Source: Monocercomonoides exilis PA203 (taxonomy: Eukaryota; Protista; Preaxostyla). Taken from it: a DNA stretch of 64,000 bases. The position numbers and the translations under genes are program-made. The notes under the pieces are model-generated. The model was not told where the DNA came from. It did no database searches and saw only the letters and a list, made by a program, of their open reading frames with translations. This document shows, in pieces, positions 1 to 14,500 of the stretch (positions are counted from its first letter, which is position 1; each line of letters starts with the position of its first letter). The stretch covers positions 1,550,001 through 1,614,000 of the forward strand of contig LSRY02000001.1 in assembly GCA_001643675.2 (NCBI GenBank). The letters are read 5' to 3'.

Positions 1-3000
1 ACAGACATTATATCCAAATGACAGAGGCAGAAAGCGTTTAAGATTTTGCTCCTTTATCAGATCTTGCTTGGGAGTGAGCTCAAAAGACGAAGATGGAGAT
101 AGAGAAGGCTTTTGTGAAGGCTCGTTGCTTCTGCTTGTTTGCAGGAAAGGAGATAAAAGTGAACTGCTTTGCATTTTTGATAGACTTGAGAATACACCAG
201 ATATGTTTGATCTTTGTAGTGTACCTGTCTTTGCTTGAAGTCGCATCGGACCAAATGAAGGCGATCCAACTCTTCGGACTTTCTCCATTTTGTGCTTCTC
301 AACCACATCTGTGATGATTTGCAGCTTTTTCAGTGATTCTCTCTCTTTCTTCTTTGCCATCTTTTCTTGGCTTGAAAACTTATCTCCAATTTCTTTTGCA
401 ACAGTTTTGATTTCAGTCATTACTGAGTTCAATTGCAATGCTATGCCTTTCACTTCTGATTGAATGTTCTGGAAAACTAGCAGAATATGTGAAAACATCT
501 CTGGATTGACTAATATTGACATCTTTCCCAATTCTACAATTGCTGATGTGCACAGTTGTTGAGCTATATCCTTCATCTGAAGATTGGTTGAAGTCGTGTT
601 CTGGGTATCATTTACAAAACTCTGTTTAGGTGAATTCCAAAATTCGTTTTGAAGAGAAGGAAGAGTTGGAAATGAACTTGGCGCAAACGACGAAACAAAA
701 GATTGACTTACAGATTGAACATTCTGTTGCGAAAATTGTTGCCTTTCAGCATTATTTTCTCCTTCTGAAGGCTTGCTGCTTTGCTCAGAGAGTTTGGTTG
801 ATGTTGACAGATGAGAAGGAGAGAAAGATGTGACAGAGACAGCACCTTTAACAGAAGGAAGCAAAAGAGAAGGAATTCCAGCTGGAATCGGAGGAAGTGT
901 TTCGAGAAACGGGATAGTCGATGGAGCCTTCGCTTGCTTCTGACTTGGTGCCACAAATGGAGATGGTCTCAAAGTTGGGCGTCTTGAATGTTTTCCCTTT
1001 GATTGGTGTGAATTAAGTTTTGGTGCTGCAACAGACGAAGATGATTTATGCGAAATAAACGCTCCTCCATCTGGACCGATGCTGTGGTTGTATGGAGAGT
1101 TGTGAGGCGAAATATAGACAGGTGTTGATTCAACGGCAGGCTGGATCTGTGTTGCTGTATGTGCCATCTGAGAGAACAATGCGGCCGCAGAAATTCTGCT
1201 CCTCTTTTGTGCAGGGAGGAATGTGACACGATTCTGTCTTATATAAAACAGCATGTTCAAAGTGAAGTCCTTGTCAACATGCTTTGCTGTTTCGAACTGT
1301 GTGATTTTTGAAAGATTCCGTGTAAATATCGTTGGATGAGGTGTTTCTGGTTGATTGCCTAAACGAGGTCCAGCTTGCTTTTTGCCCTTTGGCGCATCCT
1401 GAGCTTTCTCAGACTTCTCTGCCTTTAAGTGCTGAGCTTGTGTGGCAGAGGAAGGAGTAGTTGGAAGTGGCATTGGACGTTCCAATGAATTGCGCTGCAG
1501 CTGTTGAGTCCGAACATTCCCAGGAGCAGTCTGCATCGTGCGCGTATCTTGAACAGAAAGCGACAAATCACTGGTTGGATTTGGAATCACATGCAACGCA
1601 ACAGAAGGTTGACCAAGATGGTTCTTTCTCTTCACTCTCATTGGCTGATACACAACAGACAGTGACATTCCACAGAACTCATCCAGTAGAATTAAAGATG
1701 GCAGTGAAGATGCAATATGAGCGCGATGGAGTGTGAAAGTAATGTGAAAGGGAATGTGAAACAGACGAGGCTTCTTCTCAGATTGAGCTTTTTGTGAGCT
1801 CAACATAGTGCGAGAGGAAGATAGTGTTCCATGTGGAGAAGAAGACAATGGTGGAACATCTTGAATTCTTTGTCCGATTTCTGTGGGTGACTGCGAGGTT
1901 GGGATTGTAGTTCCATTGAATTGTTCAATTGAAATAGGAGCAGGCGGAGTGGGAATGCGAGGCAGAGGAGGAGTTGCTCTTCGGGTTGGCTTTGAATGAG
2001 GAGTCGAAAGCGGAGAAACTGTCAACTGAGGCAAAGGCACTGTTGACTGAACGCTTGGGACACGCTTTGAAAAAGAAGTGGTTGAAGATGAAAGTGAAGA
2101 TGAAAGAGAAGAGAAGAGAGATGAACGAGATGAAGAACTGGCAGAATCTTGAGAATTGTAATCCTTCAGCAACTTTTTCGCTCTAATTGTTGCGCTGCTG
2201 CTAGCGAGACCAGAATGCTTATCATCTTTCTTCCTTCTTTTTTCTTCCTCTGCGTTTTGGAGGAATTCAATCAACCCAGGTGACGGCCTCAGAGAAGAAC
2301 CTTCACCAAAAAAGCTCTCAAAATTAAATGATTTTTGTTCAGTTTGCGGAGGTGCATTCAACGGAGAAGAACCAATTTGTGCAGACTTCTGCGACTGATT
2401 GTCGGAAGCTGGAGACAATGTTGAAAAAGAAGAAGACAGTTGTGAACCGCCCTCAGGTGTGAGAGATGTCAAGTCTCCAGACAGTATCCGAGAGACATCA
2501 ACCAGATTTCTTTGTGACTTCAACCGCCGATGAAGACGGAGAGAACCAAACTGTTCTGGTTGGTTTCCTTTGCTGCTTAATGTCAATGGCTGTCCCAAGG
2601 ATGTTGATTGGTGATGACCAGTCAGTGTTGTAAAGTTAGAAGGTTCATCTCCTTCTATTGTGCTTGATAGAGGGCTTCTCTTGCCTTTAGCATTCGGATG
2701 AGGTGCAAATCCATCAGGAAGTTCAGAAATTGTTCCAGAGCTATTCAGTTTCTCATTTGGCCTTGATTTATTTCCTTCATTTTGAGAAGAAGCATTGATG
2801 CTTCCAGTGGAAGTGCACCCACCAAATTCTGGCGCTGGAGCAAAACCCATTTCGAAGTCTGATGGCTCATCCACAATTGGCTGTCCGAGCGGAGTGAGTG
2901 GAATAAGCCAGCCAGCAGCATCGCTTCCTTCCTCCGAGGAGGAAGCAGTCAACGGAGTGGTTGTTCTGGATGTGCCACCTGATGTAGATGCAGACATTCC

Positions 3001-6000
3001 AGTTGAAGACGCTGAGTCTGCATCAGTGTCTTCCCACACCTGGATAGATAGCTTTTTCTGAGACTTATATGCAGGCAAGTTGGCTGGTTGTGTGACAAGA
3101 GACGGATGGAATGAGCCTGTTTGAAGCATTGGAGGTTGTTGTTGTTGAGTGGCTGCTCGTTGCGTCCCTGTTGTAATAAGCAGAATTGATGTCTGAGGCA
3201 GCCAGGAACGGACAAATGCTTCGAGTGTCTTCAATCGGCGTGTGCTGAGCGGAATGCTGATAACAAATGAACCAACATCCATCATTGCATCAATTGGTAG
3301 TGTGGGAGGAATCACTTGTTGTTCTTGTGTTGGGTTTTCATTTCCATCAGCAGAAATTTGAGTATTGCCATTAGCATCTCTAAAAGCGAGATTTGTTTGC
3401 TGTTGCATTGCAGCAGAAGCTCCTGCGGTGATATTATTGCTTTGATTAAATGTTCTTGCCTGTGACAAATTCTGAGCAGTGGAAGTTGTCACTTGTCCTA
3501 TTTGTATAGTTGCAGCTGGCTGATTATTTGGCTGCGATGGTGGAGGCGTTGCTCCTTCTCCCCTTTCTTTTGTTTTGTTTCTCTTCGTATTCTTTTCTTT
3601 TGCTTTGATAAGAACAGAAAGTGCTGCAAGAATGTTGTTTACAGCCACGTTGATGTGAGGGGTGGTTTCTGTGCGATATTCGCTTTCATGATAGATCAGC
3701 TCAATCCGATCAACAGAAGGAGTGACAGATATGAATAAAGAGGGAGATGTATTTTTCTGCTCATTTTGTCCATCGGCCTGTTGATTGTTCTCTGAAGTGT
3801 TTGATGCCGAAGGGGTGTTTGATGAAGGAGTGGATGAAGCTGAAGTTGATGCTGTTTCAGTACGCATTTGATGTTCTGAACGTTGAGAAAACGTGCTTGG
3901 TGGAGTTTGTGAAACAGGCTGAATCGCATTGCTATGGAGAGGTGATTGAGCTATTGAAGCTTGTGTTGTGTGCTGAATGGTTGTTGTTTGCTGGTGCAAA
4001 GGCGATGACACACTCAACGCTGGTGTTAATGAAGAAGAATTCGAATTCGATTGCAAAGTTGTGGGAGGCTGAATAGCCAAAGATGCAGCTACTGGTTGAG
4101 TTGGACTTTGCTTCGACATGATTGGGACAACAACTGCAGAAATGAGACTTCTTTCAATTTGAATAGTGAATTCTCCAAGTTTCTCCACTTTTGACGAAAC
4201 GCGTGCATTGTCAATGGTAAACTGGCACAAAACAGAAAAGATTCGAGGTACTTTCTCAGAAGACACAAAACGGATGCTGTTTTGCTGGTTTGCCATCAGA
4301 GCAGAGGATGGAGAAGAAGCTGCGGAGGAAGGAATCTGGTTTGTCAAAAGACGACGTCTGGTCGCTTGCCTGGAATGCACATAAGCAATTGACCCCTTTC
4401 TGTATGCTCCTGTGGAAGCGGTACTGCGAATCCTACTGTCTTGCACTTCCTCTTCTTCGTCTTCGTCTTCTTCGCTGCCATCATCGCTGTCATCCCCAAA
4501 TCCGTAGAAATCCCAAGGCATTTTGCGCTCCTTCTTCATCTTCCTTTGCGAGCGTAGATATCTGTTCCGTTCTTTCCTCCGCTTTTGTAGCGATTTCTTC
4601 ACATGCTTCAATCGCTTCTGCAAAATATCTGCACCCCACATCGGATTAAACATGGCATTTTCGTCGATCTCTTCGTCTTCATCGCCAATCACCATTTGTC
4701 TATTGCCCATCGAGCCTCGTCGCCGTCTCAAAGAACGTGCCTGCCATCGGAGTGTTTTCTGCCTGCGATGTCGAAGTGCTCTTCTGTGTTCATAATCCAA
4801 CAGCATCTGCCCAAAGGCATACCTTTTTTGTGTCTCAGTATCAATCTGCTCGCCAGCTGCATCTCTCTCCTCGATTTCCTGCTGATCTGCAAGAAAAGCT
4901 TCAATCACAGTTCTTCTATTCAGCTTTCGACCAACTTGGAGCTCCAAAAACTGCCACAGCTGCCGTCTTTCCTCTTCCTCGTCTTCTTCGTAATCCAAAT
5001 CATCTCCAATGCTGTCGTAATCATCTTCATAATAGCTTTCATCTGGATCTTCGCTGTAATCGCTGTCAGCATATTCGTTCTCTTCTCTCATCTGTCCAGA
5101 GCGCCCTCTTCTTCTTCTGTGTCTCATTCGTCTTCTGTGCGAATAATCTCTCCTTCGATCATCTTCATCTTCATCTTGCTCGCTATCCTGACCGTTGTAA
5201 TCAAGCAAGCCAAACATAAGATCGCTTTCATCGCTTTCATCCTCTTCTTCTTCCTCATCGTCTTCATCGTCTTCATCTGTTGAAGCCCCTTTCCTTTTTT
5301 TCCGCCTCTTTTTGTATTCGACCCAATACACTTCTCCGTTCTCGTCTTCTTCCCATTGTCCTTCCTTTGAATCATCATCGTCTTCTTCTTCCTCTTCTTG
5401 TTCCTCCTCATCCTCTTCCATTGTTTCCTCATCCTCAACTTCCTCATCTTCTTCTTCAATATTATTCAACTTCAATAACGAATCGTCAACTTCTTTCCCT
5501 TTGACTTTTTCGTTCTCTTTTTCATCGTCATTATCATCAGATGGAAGAACGTGAATATCTTCTCTGGCTGGATGCGATGAGGAAGCTTTCGGAAGTCCAC
5601 GCTCTGATTTCTGTGGCCTGAGAAGAGGGGCATGCTCTGCCTCTATTTCTTCTTCTTCAAACACATCTAATGAATCCGATGGCAGCTCTTCCATCTCCAC
5701 ATTAGCTCCCCGAATTAGTGGATTAGCCTTCACAGACACTTTCTGCATTGGCGATTCAGACAAATGTGTGCTATGCCTCTTTGTCTGACTCACTTCAGAT
5801 GATGGCGGAGCAAAAGACGGGTTGGATTCGCGCTTTGCCATCGGAGGTGGTGTGGTTGATCTGAATCCCTTTTGAGCCAGTCGTGAAGATGCAGAAGTTG
5901 CTGCTGCTGGAGTGAACAGCGAGCGGTATGCTGCTCTCACCATCGTCCAGCAGGAAGATACAGACGCCTGGACAACTGCAGCTCTCGCTGAGAAGAAGTG

Positions 6001-9000
6001 GGGCCAGAGAGAAGGATGAAGCTTGAGAGAGATTGATGACACTTTCAGAACACCAGACAGGTTCTTCACCATCAGAATTGGCAGTCCTTTGCCGTCTGCT
6101 GTTCTCAGAGCATCAGAAGAGAGAGAGTCGCCAGCTGTCTGCAGCAGAACAAATGCTCCTTGCAAAGGAGACAGACGAGTTGTGTGGTCTGTTTGCAATG
6201 ACTGACTTGGGAAAGGCTGAAACATCGACGAAGGCAAAGTGGATGGAATCATCGAAGCAGTCTTCCGTGAGAAGTTCTTTTGTTGCGAAAACATAAACGA
6301 AGAAGGATTGAAAGTCAGAGGATTTGGACTCGGAGCAGCCGTGGCTGTTGATGTGGCAATGACAGAGTTTGAACTGTTGTGTGTGAGAGAAGGAAACAGA
6401 GTGAGTCCGAGTGTGGTCTGCCCAAGTGTAAATGCCGTGTTGTCTGAGTCGCCAATCCCAAGCAGAGTCACTTCAGTCAGACCAATTGATACAGAAAACT
6501 CCATCGAAGGATCCAACTTGAAGACTGGCTTGGGCGCCTTTGGCTTCTTCGTTGTGAAAGAAAACTCACGTTCAGTCATTAAGCCATTAGAACTTTGCTT
6601 AGGTGCAGATGTGACAAACGAAAGGAATGTTCTCCCGTGCTGTGCGATGGCGCTTCTCATTGTGTCGCTGCCTTGAAAACTGCTTTTGTCTGGCAACAAT
6701 GTGCTTTCCGCAGCATAACTCGCACTTGGTGAGAGATTCACCCCAGTTTTGCGTCGAATGTGGCTTCTCTGCGGGAAATGAGAAGGTGTTGCAGGAACTC
6801 CAGATGGAATTGTTGAATGGTGTAAACCAGACAAACCTGGTGATGCATCTCCTGCCCTGTCAGGCACACGAGGCTCATCAAAAAGCGACTGACGAGCTGT
6901 GGCAGCTTTCTGCATGAATCGTGCAAGGGTGGCTGTCCATTCCTGTGCACCGTGTGACAGAAACAGATAAAAAGAAGGAGTGACTTCGATAGTGAGATAC
7001 GAGACAGCTGTTCCAACACTCAAGAAGTTGGATGCAATGGCAGGTGAAAGAATTGGCTTGCTTGCTTCAGAGTTAGTAGAAGATGATGAAGCATTTTGAG
7101 CTGGTGCGTTAGTTGCCTCTTGTTCATCACCAATAGAAACACTCAGCTCATTCTGTTGTCTGATAATCCGAACTTTTGTTTTCTTCAAGTCAAACAGTAG
7201 ACACGGACGAGAAAGTGCATGTGCTTCATCAGGCGATGAAGAGGCAGAGGAAGCAGCAGAAGCTGATCCCAGCACAGGACTGATATCGCCTGGGGACAGA
7301 GGACTCAACGGCACTTGCTTTGCATCGCATTGATTTGTGCCATTTTTGGGAGCGATGACAAACAAAGGCACGGCAGACATTGAAAAACCTTCGACCGTCA
7401 GCAGAATGTGGATGGATCTCGACTCCTCTGATGAGTTGCGAAGAGACGGCGGGAGCTTTTCTGTTCTGAGGGAGAAGTCTTTCTTCCTGTCGAACTTGCC
7501 CCACCGGTCTTTGCCACCAGCCACTGAGGAAGAATACGAGTGCAGTGAATTCTGCTTGAGGATATCTCTGTCTTTGCGGATGTTGGCTGATGCCACAGCC
7601 GAGTTGAATGCGTAGCTGCTGGCTGTCTTCGAAGAGATTGCTGAAAGCGTCTTTGGAGTTGCAGACAAAGTTGACAGTTCTCCCAAATGAAGAGTCGATG
7701 CTCTTTGTGGCTGAGCAGTCTGCAGGCTGTCTTTGTCTACTTGTGCCACATTCGTCTTTGATGAAGAGAACGAGAAAACTAAGTTGTTCAGTGCGAACAT
7801 CTGGGCGAAGGATTTTGGAGGAGTCTGTTTGAAGAGCTGGGTGATGAACGGCCTCTGATAGCGGGGAAGAGCTATGTTGTGCACAACAGCCACATTCAGA
7901 GACTCAATTGAAACATGAATTGAAGGCATTCGATGCGAAATTGTGGTGATTGCTGTGGGTGATGAGGCATACATCTTTGTAAGTGCTTGATTTTTATCTT
8001 TATCATTGCTGTTGGCTTTGCTTTTATTGTCTTGTTTTGCAGAAGCAGAGCCATCAGTAGTGCCTGTTGACTGCTGACTTGTCAGTGGAATGGCAACAGT
8101 TGGCAGTGCTTGGAGGACATTGTGCATGTGTGTCATTGCCAGCAGCAGATAGTCTTCAAACACCCACAAAAAGTACGGAACACATAGCAGATTGGCACTG
8201 AAATCGACTGAAATGGCAGAAGGAACACTTATTTCGTCTGATTCTGCAGCAGATGGAAGCATAAGCTGAACAGAAGTTGGGGAAACAGTTGAAGAAAATG
8301 AAGATGATGAAGTGGAAGAGGAAGAAGAAGAAGAAGATGATGATGATAAAGCAGAAAATTGAGAGAAAGCAGTAGACTGAGAACGTGAAGGTGCAGGCGA
8401 AGGAGAGCTGGTGGCAGAAGAAGCAGGAGTCGGCTGGTCGGAAATGAAAAGGTTCTTGTTCAATATTTGATTGGATGCAAATGGTTTTGAAGAAGGCAGA
8501 AGTGACTGGTAGAACGATACAGGTGAAATGGTAGGAAGAGAAAGAGATGCATAATAAGATGAAGAATTAACGTCACGAAGCGCACTTTCAATCGAAAAAG
8601 AGCGAAGGATGTCGGGTGTGGAATGAGTCAGCAGGTCAGATGAGGATAGAGGTGAAAATGAAGGTTGGGCACGTGAATTGAATGAAGTGTAGAATGGAGG
8701 AGAAGGTGATGATGATGAAGCAGAAGGAGAAGCAGAAGCAGAAGCCGAATAAGAATGTTCAGGTGATTGACGAAGTGAGTGATTGTGTGCGTGTTGTGTG
8801 ATGTGAGTGATGTGCGGGAGTATCATCGAGTGCACAGCTCCACATGCAACCGTCGGGATGGTCTGTGGAGTGACTGAATACCAATGCAGGGCAAAGAAGC
8901 AGTCAGGATTGGATATTCGCGGAGGAGGCTGCTGATACGGAGAAAAGGGGGCTTTCATCTGAGAAGAGGTGGAGTCGTCTTCGGAAACTGCCTTTTTGCT

Positions 9001-11497
9001 TTCATAGGAAGTTGATTGGCTTGTCGAAGATGGGAAAGAAAGAACAGGAGACAATGAGAAAGCAGAGGAGGAAGAAGAAGAAGATGATGATGAGGAAGAA
9101 GAAGAAGAAGAAGAAGGGAAAGAAGAAGGCAGAAACGCAGCTGTTGAAGAAGCAGGGAATGAGAAGAAGGACATATCTTCACTCGTCTCTGTTGTATGCT
9201 TTTCAAGTGTTGATTCGCGACAAGTGCTGTTTTGGATCCACTGCTTTGAGACAAGATGAGGCTGGACAGACGGATAAGCAATGGAAGAATGAATAAGAAG
9301 AGGCTTTGGTGGGTATGCTGGATTTGTGATGGGGATGAGGTGCTGCTCATCTGCCAGTGCTGAATGAGAATAAGCAGACTCTGATGTTTCAACGGGGTTG
9401 CTGCCAAGCAACGAGGAAGGGACAGAATACTCCACATCCGATGTGGCTGAGAGTGGAACGATGGCTGAAGGAGACACGCCCATCACACGGGCAGCAGGAT
9501 ACATCCACGCAACAGCACTTTCATTGCGAAGGAGAGAAATGCGCTTGCTGTATTTGTCTCGCAGGGAGAGGAGCAGATGACGTTGCAGAAGCTCATTCTC
9601 TGCGGGAGGAGGGGAGGAGAAGTAGGTGAAGGATCCGTGTGTGCTGAAGGCAAACACCTCTGCAAATGTGTGTGGATAATGTTGTGAAGATGATGGCGAT
9701 TGAGAAGGAGGCGGCTTCATCTTTGCAGTACTTGCAGTCATCCGGGTGAAGTTTGGTGTCATCCACACTTTGTTGCTGAGCAGGGCAGAAAAAGCGAGAG
9801 AAGGAAAAGAGACGATAAGAGTAGACAGAGAACGCACTGTGGGTACAGAGGAGAACACAACTTGAAGAGGAAGCGACAAAGAGAGAGTGGAGATGGATGT
9901 TTTGCTTACAATAGACAGAGAGATTGGCTGCACAACAGCATGAACAGTGAGTGGAACAACAGAAAAAGAAGGAAGAGCCAACTTGTCTGGGATGAAGATG
10001 AGCGACAGATCGTTGTTAGAGGATGACGCTGCATCGCTGGCAGATGGCAGTGCAGAGATGAAAGCAGAGGATTCGCTGTGTGTTCGCATGGCTGAGGGAG
10101 AAGGCAGAGCGGACGGCGGAGTGATGAGAGAAGGCGTGTGAGTCGGATGGAATAGAGTGGACGGGTCAGACGCTTCGACCTCCTTGCCAGCTGCATATTG
10201 CGATGCTGATGAAGGCTTCGGCTTGAACAGCAAGAGCTTTGCCTTCTCAATGATAGGCACTTTGTGTGGTGTGGGCGGGCTGATGATGAGGGGAGTCTTG
10301 ACAGACGAAGGGATGTCCTTCTCGTCGACCGTGATGACGTTGTCTGCCACCAGCACTTTCTGTCCCAGTGTGGAGTGTTTGATGTTCTGGATGGAGCTTT
10401 TGAATGTCGACGACTTCAGCGGAATGAGCACCGGGTTCTGGGTGATCCACTCTCTTGTGTCGCCTGTGCTGTACTGATGAATAAACTTCACCACAAACTT
10501 GTTGATGTCTAATATTTGTGTTGGTGTCAATGAGCCACGTATTGTTCCAATCTGTGCATCAATTGCCGTGTGGTAGCGTGCACCGAAGAGCGAAGGGCCG
10601 CACTGATTGCCGAAGCTGAAGGAGAAGGATTGGATGACAATGAATGAGGGATGGGAGTAGATGATTGTGGGGGAGGATGTGGATATCATGGGAGATGTGA
10701 GCAAAGAGGAAAGAGAAGAAATAGAAGAAGACATCATCGAAGTCCACGAACTGTCTCTTGGCTGCGAAAAGTTGTTGAGCACATTTGCCGTGTTAGAAGG
10801 AGACGAAGAGGAGAACCTGAAACGAGGTACAGACATCAGCAGAGGAGAAGAAGAGGCAGACATTTTGAGGGAGCTGCCAGCTGAATACGCAGCATACACC
10901 CTCCGGCAGAGGAGCAGATACTGATTCAATGACAGTGTCAGAAGAGGGCGTGTGAATGGAGTCTCAGCTTCAGCTTCTGCTTCTGCCTCTGTTTCTGTTT
11001 CTCTCCCTCTTGCTCGGCTGCTGCTGGAGTGTCGCTGCATCACCTCGTCTATCAAAGACTTGCTTTCGCGTGTGGTGTCTTCGCCCAGTTTCAGCTGTGT
11101 GATGTCCTGTTCAGTGTTGATGCACTGGTTGAATATGCACAGCACCTCCTTCGCACTCAGCTCCACACCCAGCAGCTTCAGCGCTCTTCCAAAGTGGAAC
11201 ACACTAATCCTGCCGGTGGGGTGATAGAGCACATAATACATCGTCAAAAAGGGCGCATCGATGCCGCTGACCGACCGCTTCTCCATTTTGAATGTGATTT
11301 GCGAGCAGAGAATCTTCACTTTGGGGGGCTCTGAGGGAGAAGGCTTGACCGCAGCTGCAGACATCTGAGAAGCAGAACTCAAGAAGCGAGGAGAGCGCGT
11401 ATGTGGTTGTGATTGAGATTGTTGTGGCTGATGCTGCTGAGATCGTGTGAATGATGGCTTTGAAGTGGTGGTGGAGGAAGAGGATGAAGAAGAAAAG

Positions 11498-11577
<80 letters not shown>

Positions 11578-14500
11578 GGAAGAAGAGGAAGAAGAGGAAG
11601 AAGAAGATGTTGGGATTTGTGGTGAAGTGGCGCAAGGAGACTGGCTGAGTGATGGAATATCATAAGACACAGATGAAGATTGAGAGGCAGATTTGTATGA
11701 AGATGTGGTTGAAGAAGCTTCAAGCGAGCTTTCAGTTGAAGCAATGCTGGATATCCCATCAGGCGACGAGCCTAAAGAAGATGATGTGAATGAGCCTTCA
11801 GCGGAAGCAGAGTCCCCAATCAAACTGACTGCAGGCCTCTTTCTCCTTCGCGTGTTCAGCGTCGAATTCGCAAAGGAAGAAATGTGCTGTGTGAGTGTTT
11901 CTGTCTGAAGTGGCGTTGAGGGTTCTTTTGGTTGTGTGTCTATGGCTGCCTCTGGTGGGGGCACTCTTGTTGGTGATGGAGGCGCAGAATCAGGTGGAGT
12001 GGGTTCATCTGTTAGCTCTGTTGTTTCCTCTCTGTAATGTGACCTCAACAAAAATTGTTGCTGGTTAGCTGTCTGTGTGTGAGGAACTGTGCCGTTCGTG
12101 CCATTCTGTGTACCAGTCATTCCAGAAGGCAAACCAGCTGCTGTGCGCTTTCTTCGTGGCGGCAGCGCAGAAATGTCGTGGAAGAGCTCGCGATGCAGCA
12201 CAGCATACACAGAAACATTGGACACAGCGACTGTCAGGGTGATGTTGTTGACCATCCTCTCTTTTGACTCTGAAGAGAAGAATGAAAGATAAGGAGGGAT
12301 TTTCTCTTCTACGAAGCCTTCTGGAAGAGGAGCAGCAGGAGGCAGCAGGGCACTTCCAACAGACGACAAACCAGGCACATTCGACGCTGATGCGCTTTTC
12401 TGCATTTTGATGATGGAGTTTGACTGATACAGCACAAACTGCGGGGAGAACGGCAGCCGCGACGAGATCACCCGCTGGATGGCACAGACTGTTGTGCCTT
12501 GCAAGTCGAAGTCCAAATTCTCCACGCCAATGTGCATCGCAATGATGCTTGAAGGGAGAGTGGCTGAGGCTGGCGCCAGTGTTTCTAAGGGGGCAGCAGA
12601 AGGGATAGACACATCGCTGGAAATGCCGAAGGGGTCGCTGTTTGACTCGTGCAGATGGAAGCGGCTGTGTGATTGGTTGGCAGTGGAAACAGAGAGAGGA
12701 AGGAGAGACAGAGAGGCAGGGGTGCGGGGCAGAGCAGCAGAGTTTGGGCTGTTCATATCCAAAGTGAATACAAGAGAAGTGATACGGGCGAAGTTGATGG
12801 GGTCGAAGACAGGCTGAGGAAGGGCATAGTTCAGATCGATGGAGGAGGAGGCGAGGAAGAGGGAGTAAAGCGAGCGCTGTGGAATGAACTCGAACGAGGT
12901 GGAAGGAAACTGCATGTTGAGCTGGATGTTCTTCACAACGACATCCACAAAGGTGTTTCCGCCCATGTCGCCCAGCACATTCGGGTTTGGAATGAGTGAA
13001 TCGTTGTTGGCGTGCAGGTGGACGATGGCTGAGCTCACAGAAATTGACATCCTTCGCACCGATGGTACAAAGTCACGCATGTCTGGCGGTGTGCGGAAGG
13101 TGGAAATGCGCTTGATATTCTGCAAGGCTTGCAGAGCAGCCATGCTGCTCGACCAGAAGGAGTTGGAGGAAGGGACTGTTGATACAAAGGATGATGTGGA
13201 GGATGAGGAAGATAAAGAAGAAGAAGACGACGACGATGGTAATGAAGCAAAGGATGAAGTGGGTGAAGTGTCATTCGACTGCAAAGTTGGGTGCACCTGC
13301 TGCTGCAGCTGTTGTATTTGTGTCTGCTGGAGATGTGCAGCCGAGAGCATCGGGTTGCTCCAAGACTGGCCGAGCACTCGGAAGAACATGATGTGCTCCC
13401 ACAGGAAGAAGATCTCTGGCTTTGTCACTGTGATGTTCATATCCAGGTCACTCATGCCGTTCCATTTGAGAGGGCGGTGCAGCGTTTGTTGGTAGGTGGC
13501 ACCGCGGATGAGGATGGAAGGTGGAGATTCGACGGGGCAGGGAGGACGGAGTTGAGATGTGGAAGAGGAGGAAGAAGATGAGGAGGAGGAGGATGAATTG
13601 AATGAATATGGGTTTGAAGAAGAAGATAATGATGATGCGGTTGATGAAGAAGTGGAAGAGGAAGACGATGATGATAAATTTTGTGTTTGTGTAGAAAATC
13701 CAGCCGAGGAAAGATAATTGCTCAAATTCGAGTGGTAAAACATTGGCGTGTCGACAAGGCGCTTTGGAGGGAAAGAGATGGGCAGCGTCCACACACGGCA
13801 AGTGCCTACAGACACATCGATGCTGATTGAGGAGCCGTCGGGTGACAGACACGTTCTGGGTGTCTTTATCGCCACCACAGCCGGGTCGTTTGTGGCGATG
13901 AAGAGGGAGGCCTCACGGTGGTTCAGGTCGATAGGCAGACTGGCGCGTGTGTGCTTCTTCAGCCGGATGAAGATGTCCATAAAGGCACCTGGGCGTTTGG
14001 GGAGACGCTTTTGTGAGGTTGTCAGGGGGATGTCTCTTTGTGAAGGGGGCATGCCGTAAAATGACGATGAAGAAGGAGGCATCGTGTTGTCGTACAAGTT
14101 CTCAGTGGACGCAGAGTAAGGGAAGCCAGCGTGGATGTTTCCAGACAGCTCATCTTCTCTGAAGAACGAGGCAGGTGACAGATAGACCTGGTCGCGGTAA
14201 GTCTGCGGGAACAGGAAGTTCTGCACGATTGAGCGTTGCAGGTCGATCCATGGTGAGTAAATCACCTGTGTGTCGAAGAATGACACATCGATGACATACT
14301 TCGGCAGGTCTGCGATGTCCCACTCCCACTCCTCCATCGCCTCTGCCTCTGCTTCAGCGTCTGCCTCGCTGCCTTCAGTCTCATTCAGCACATCACTCGG
14401 CGGATAGGCAACGCTGCTGCATTCTTCTTCTGAGCTCAGCTCGCCTTGCTCTGCCTGTCTTTCGAGCTCTTTCCTCTTCTTCTCGCGCCATTGCACTTCA

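Noticed and set aside
1761-1774. 14-bp match to the 42-bp poly(T)-associated unit
   Set aside because: Short, inside a coding frame and with no other element features; likely chance.
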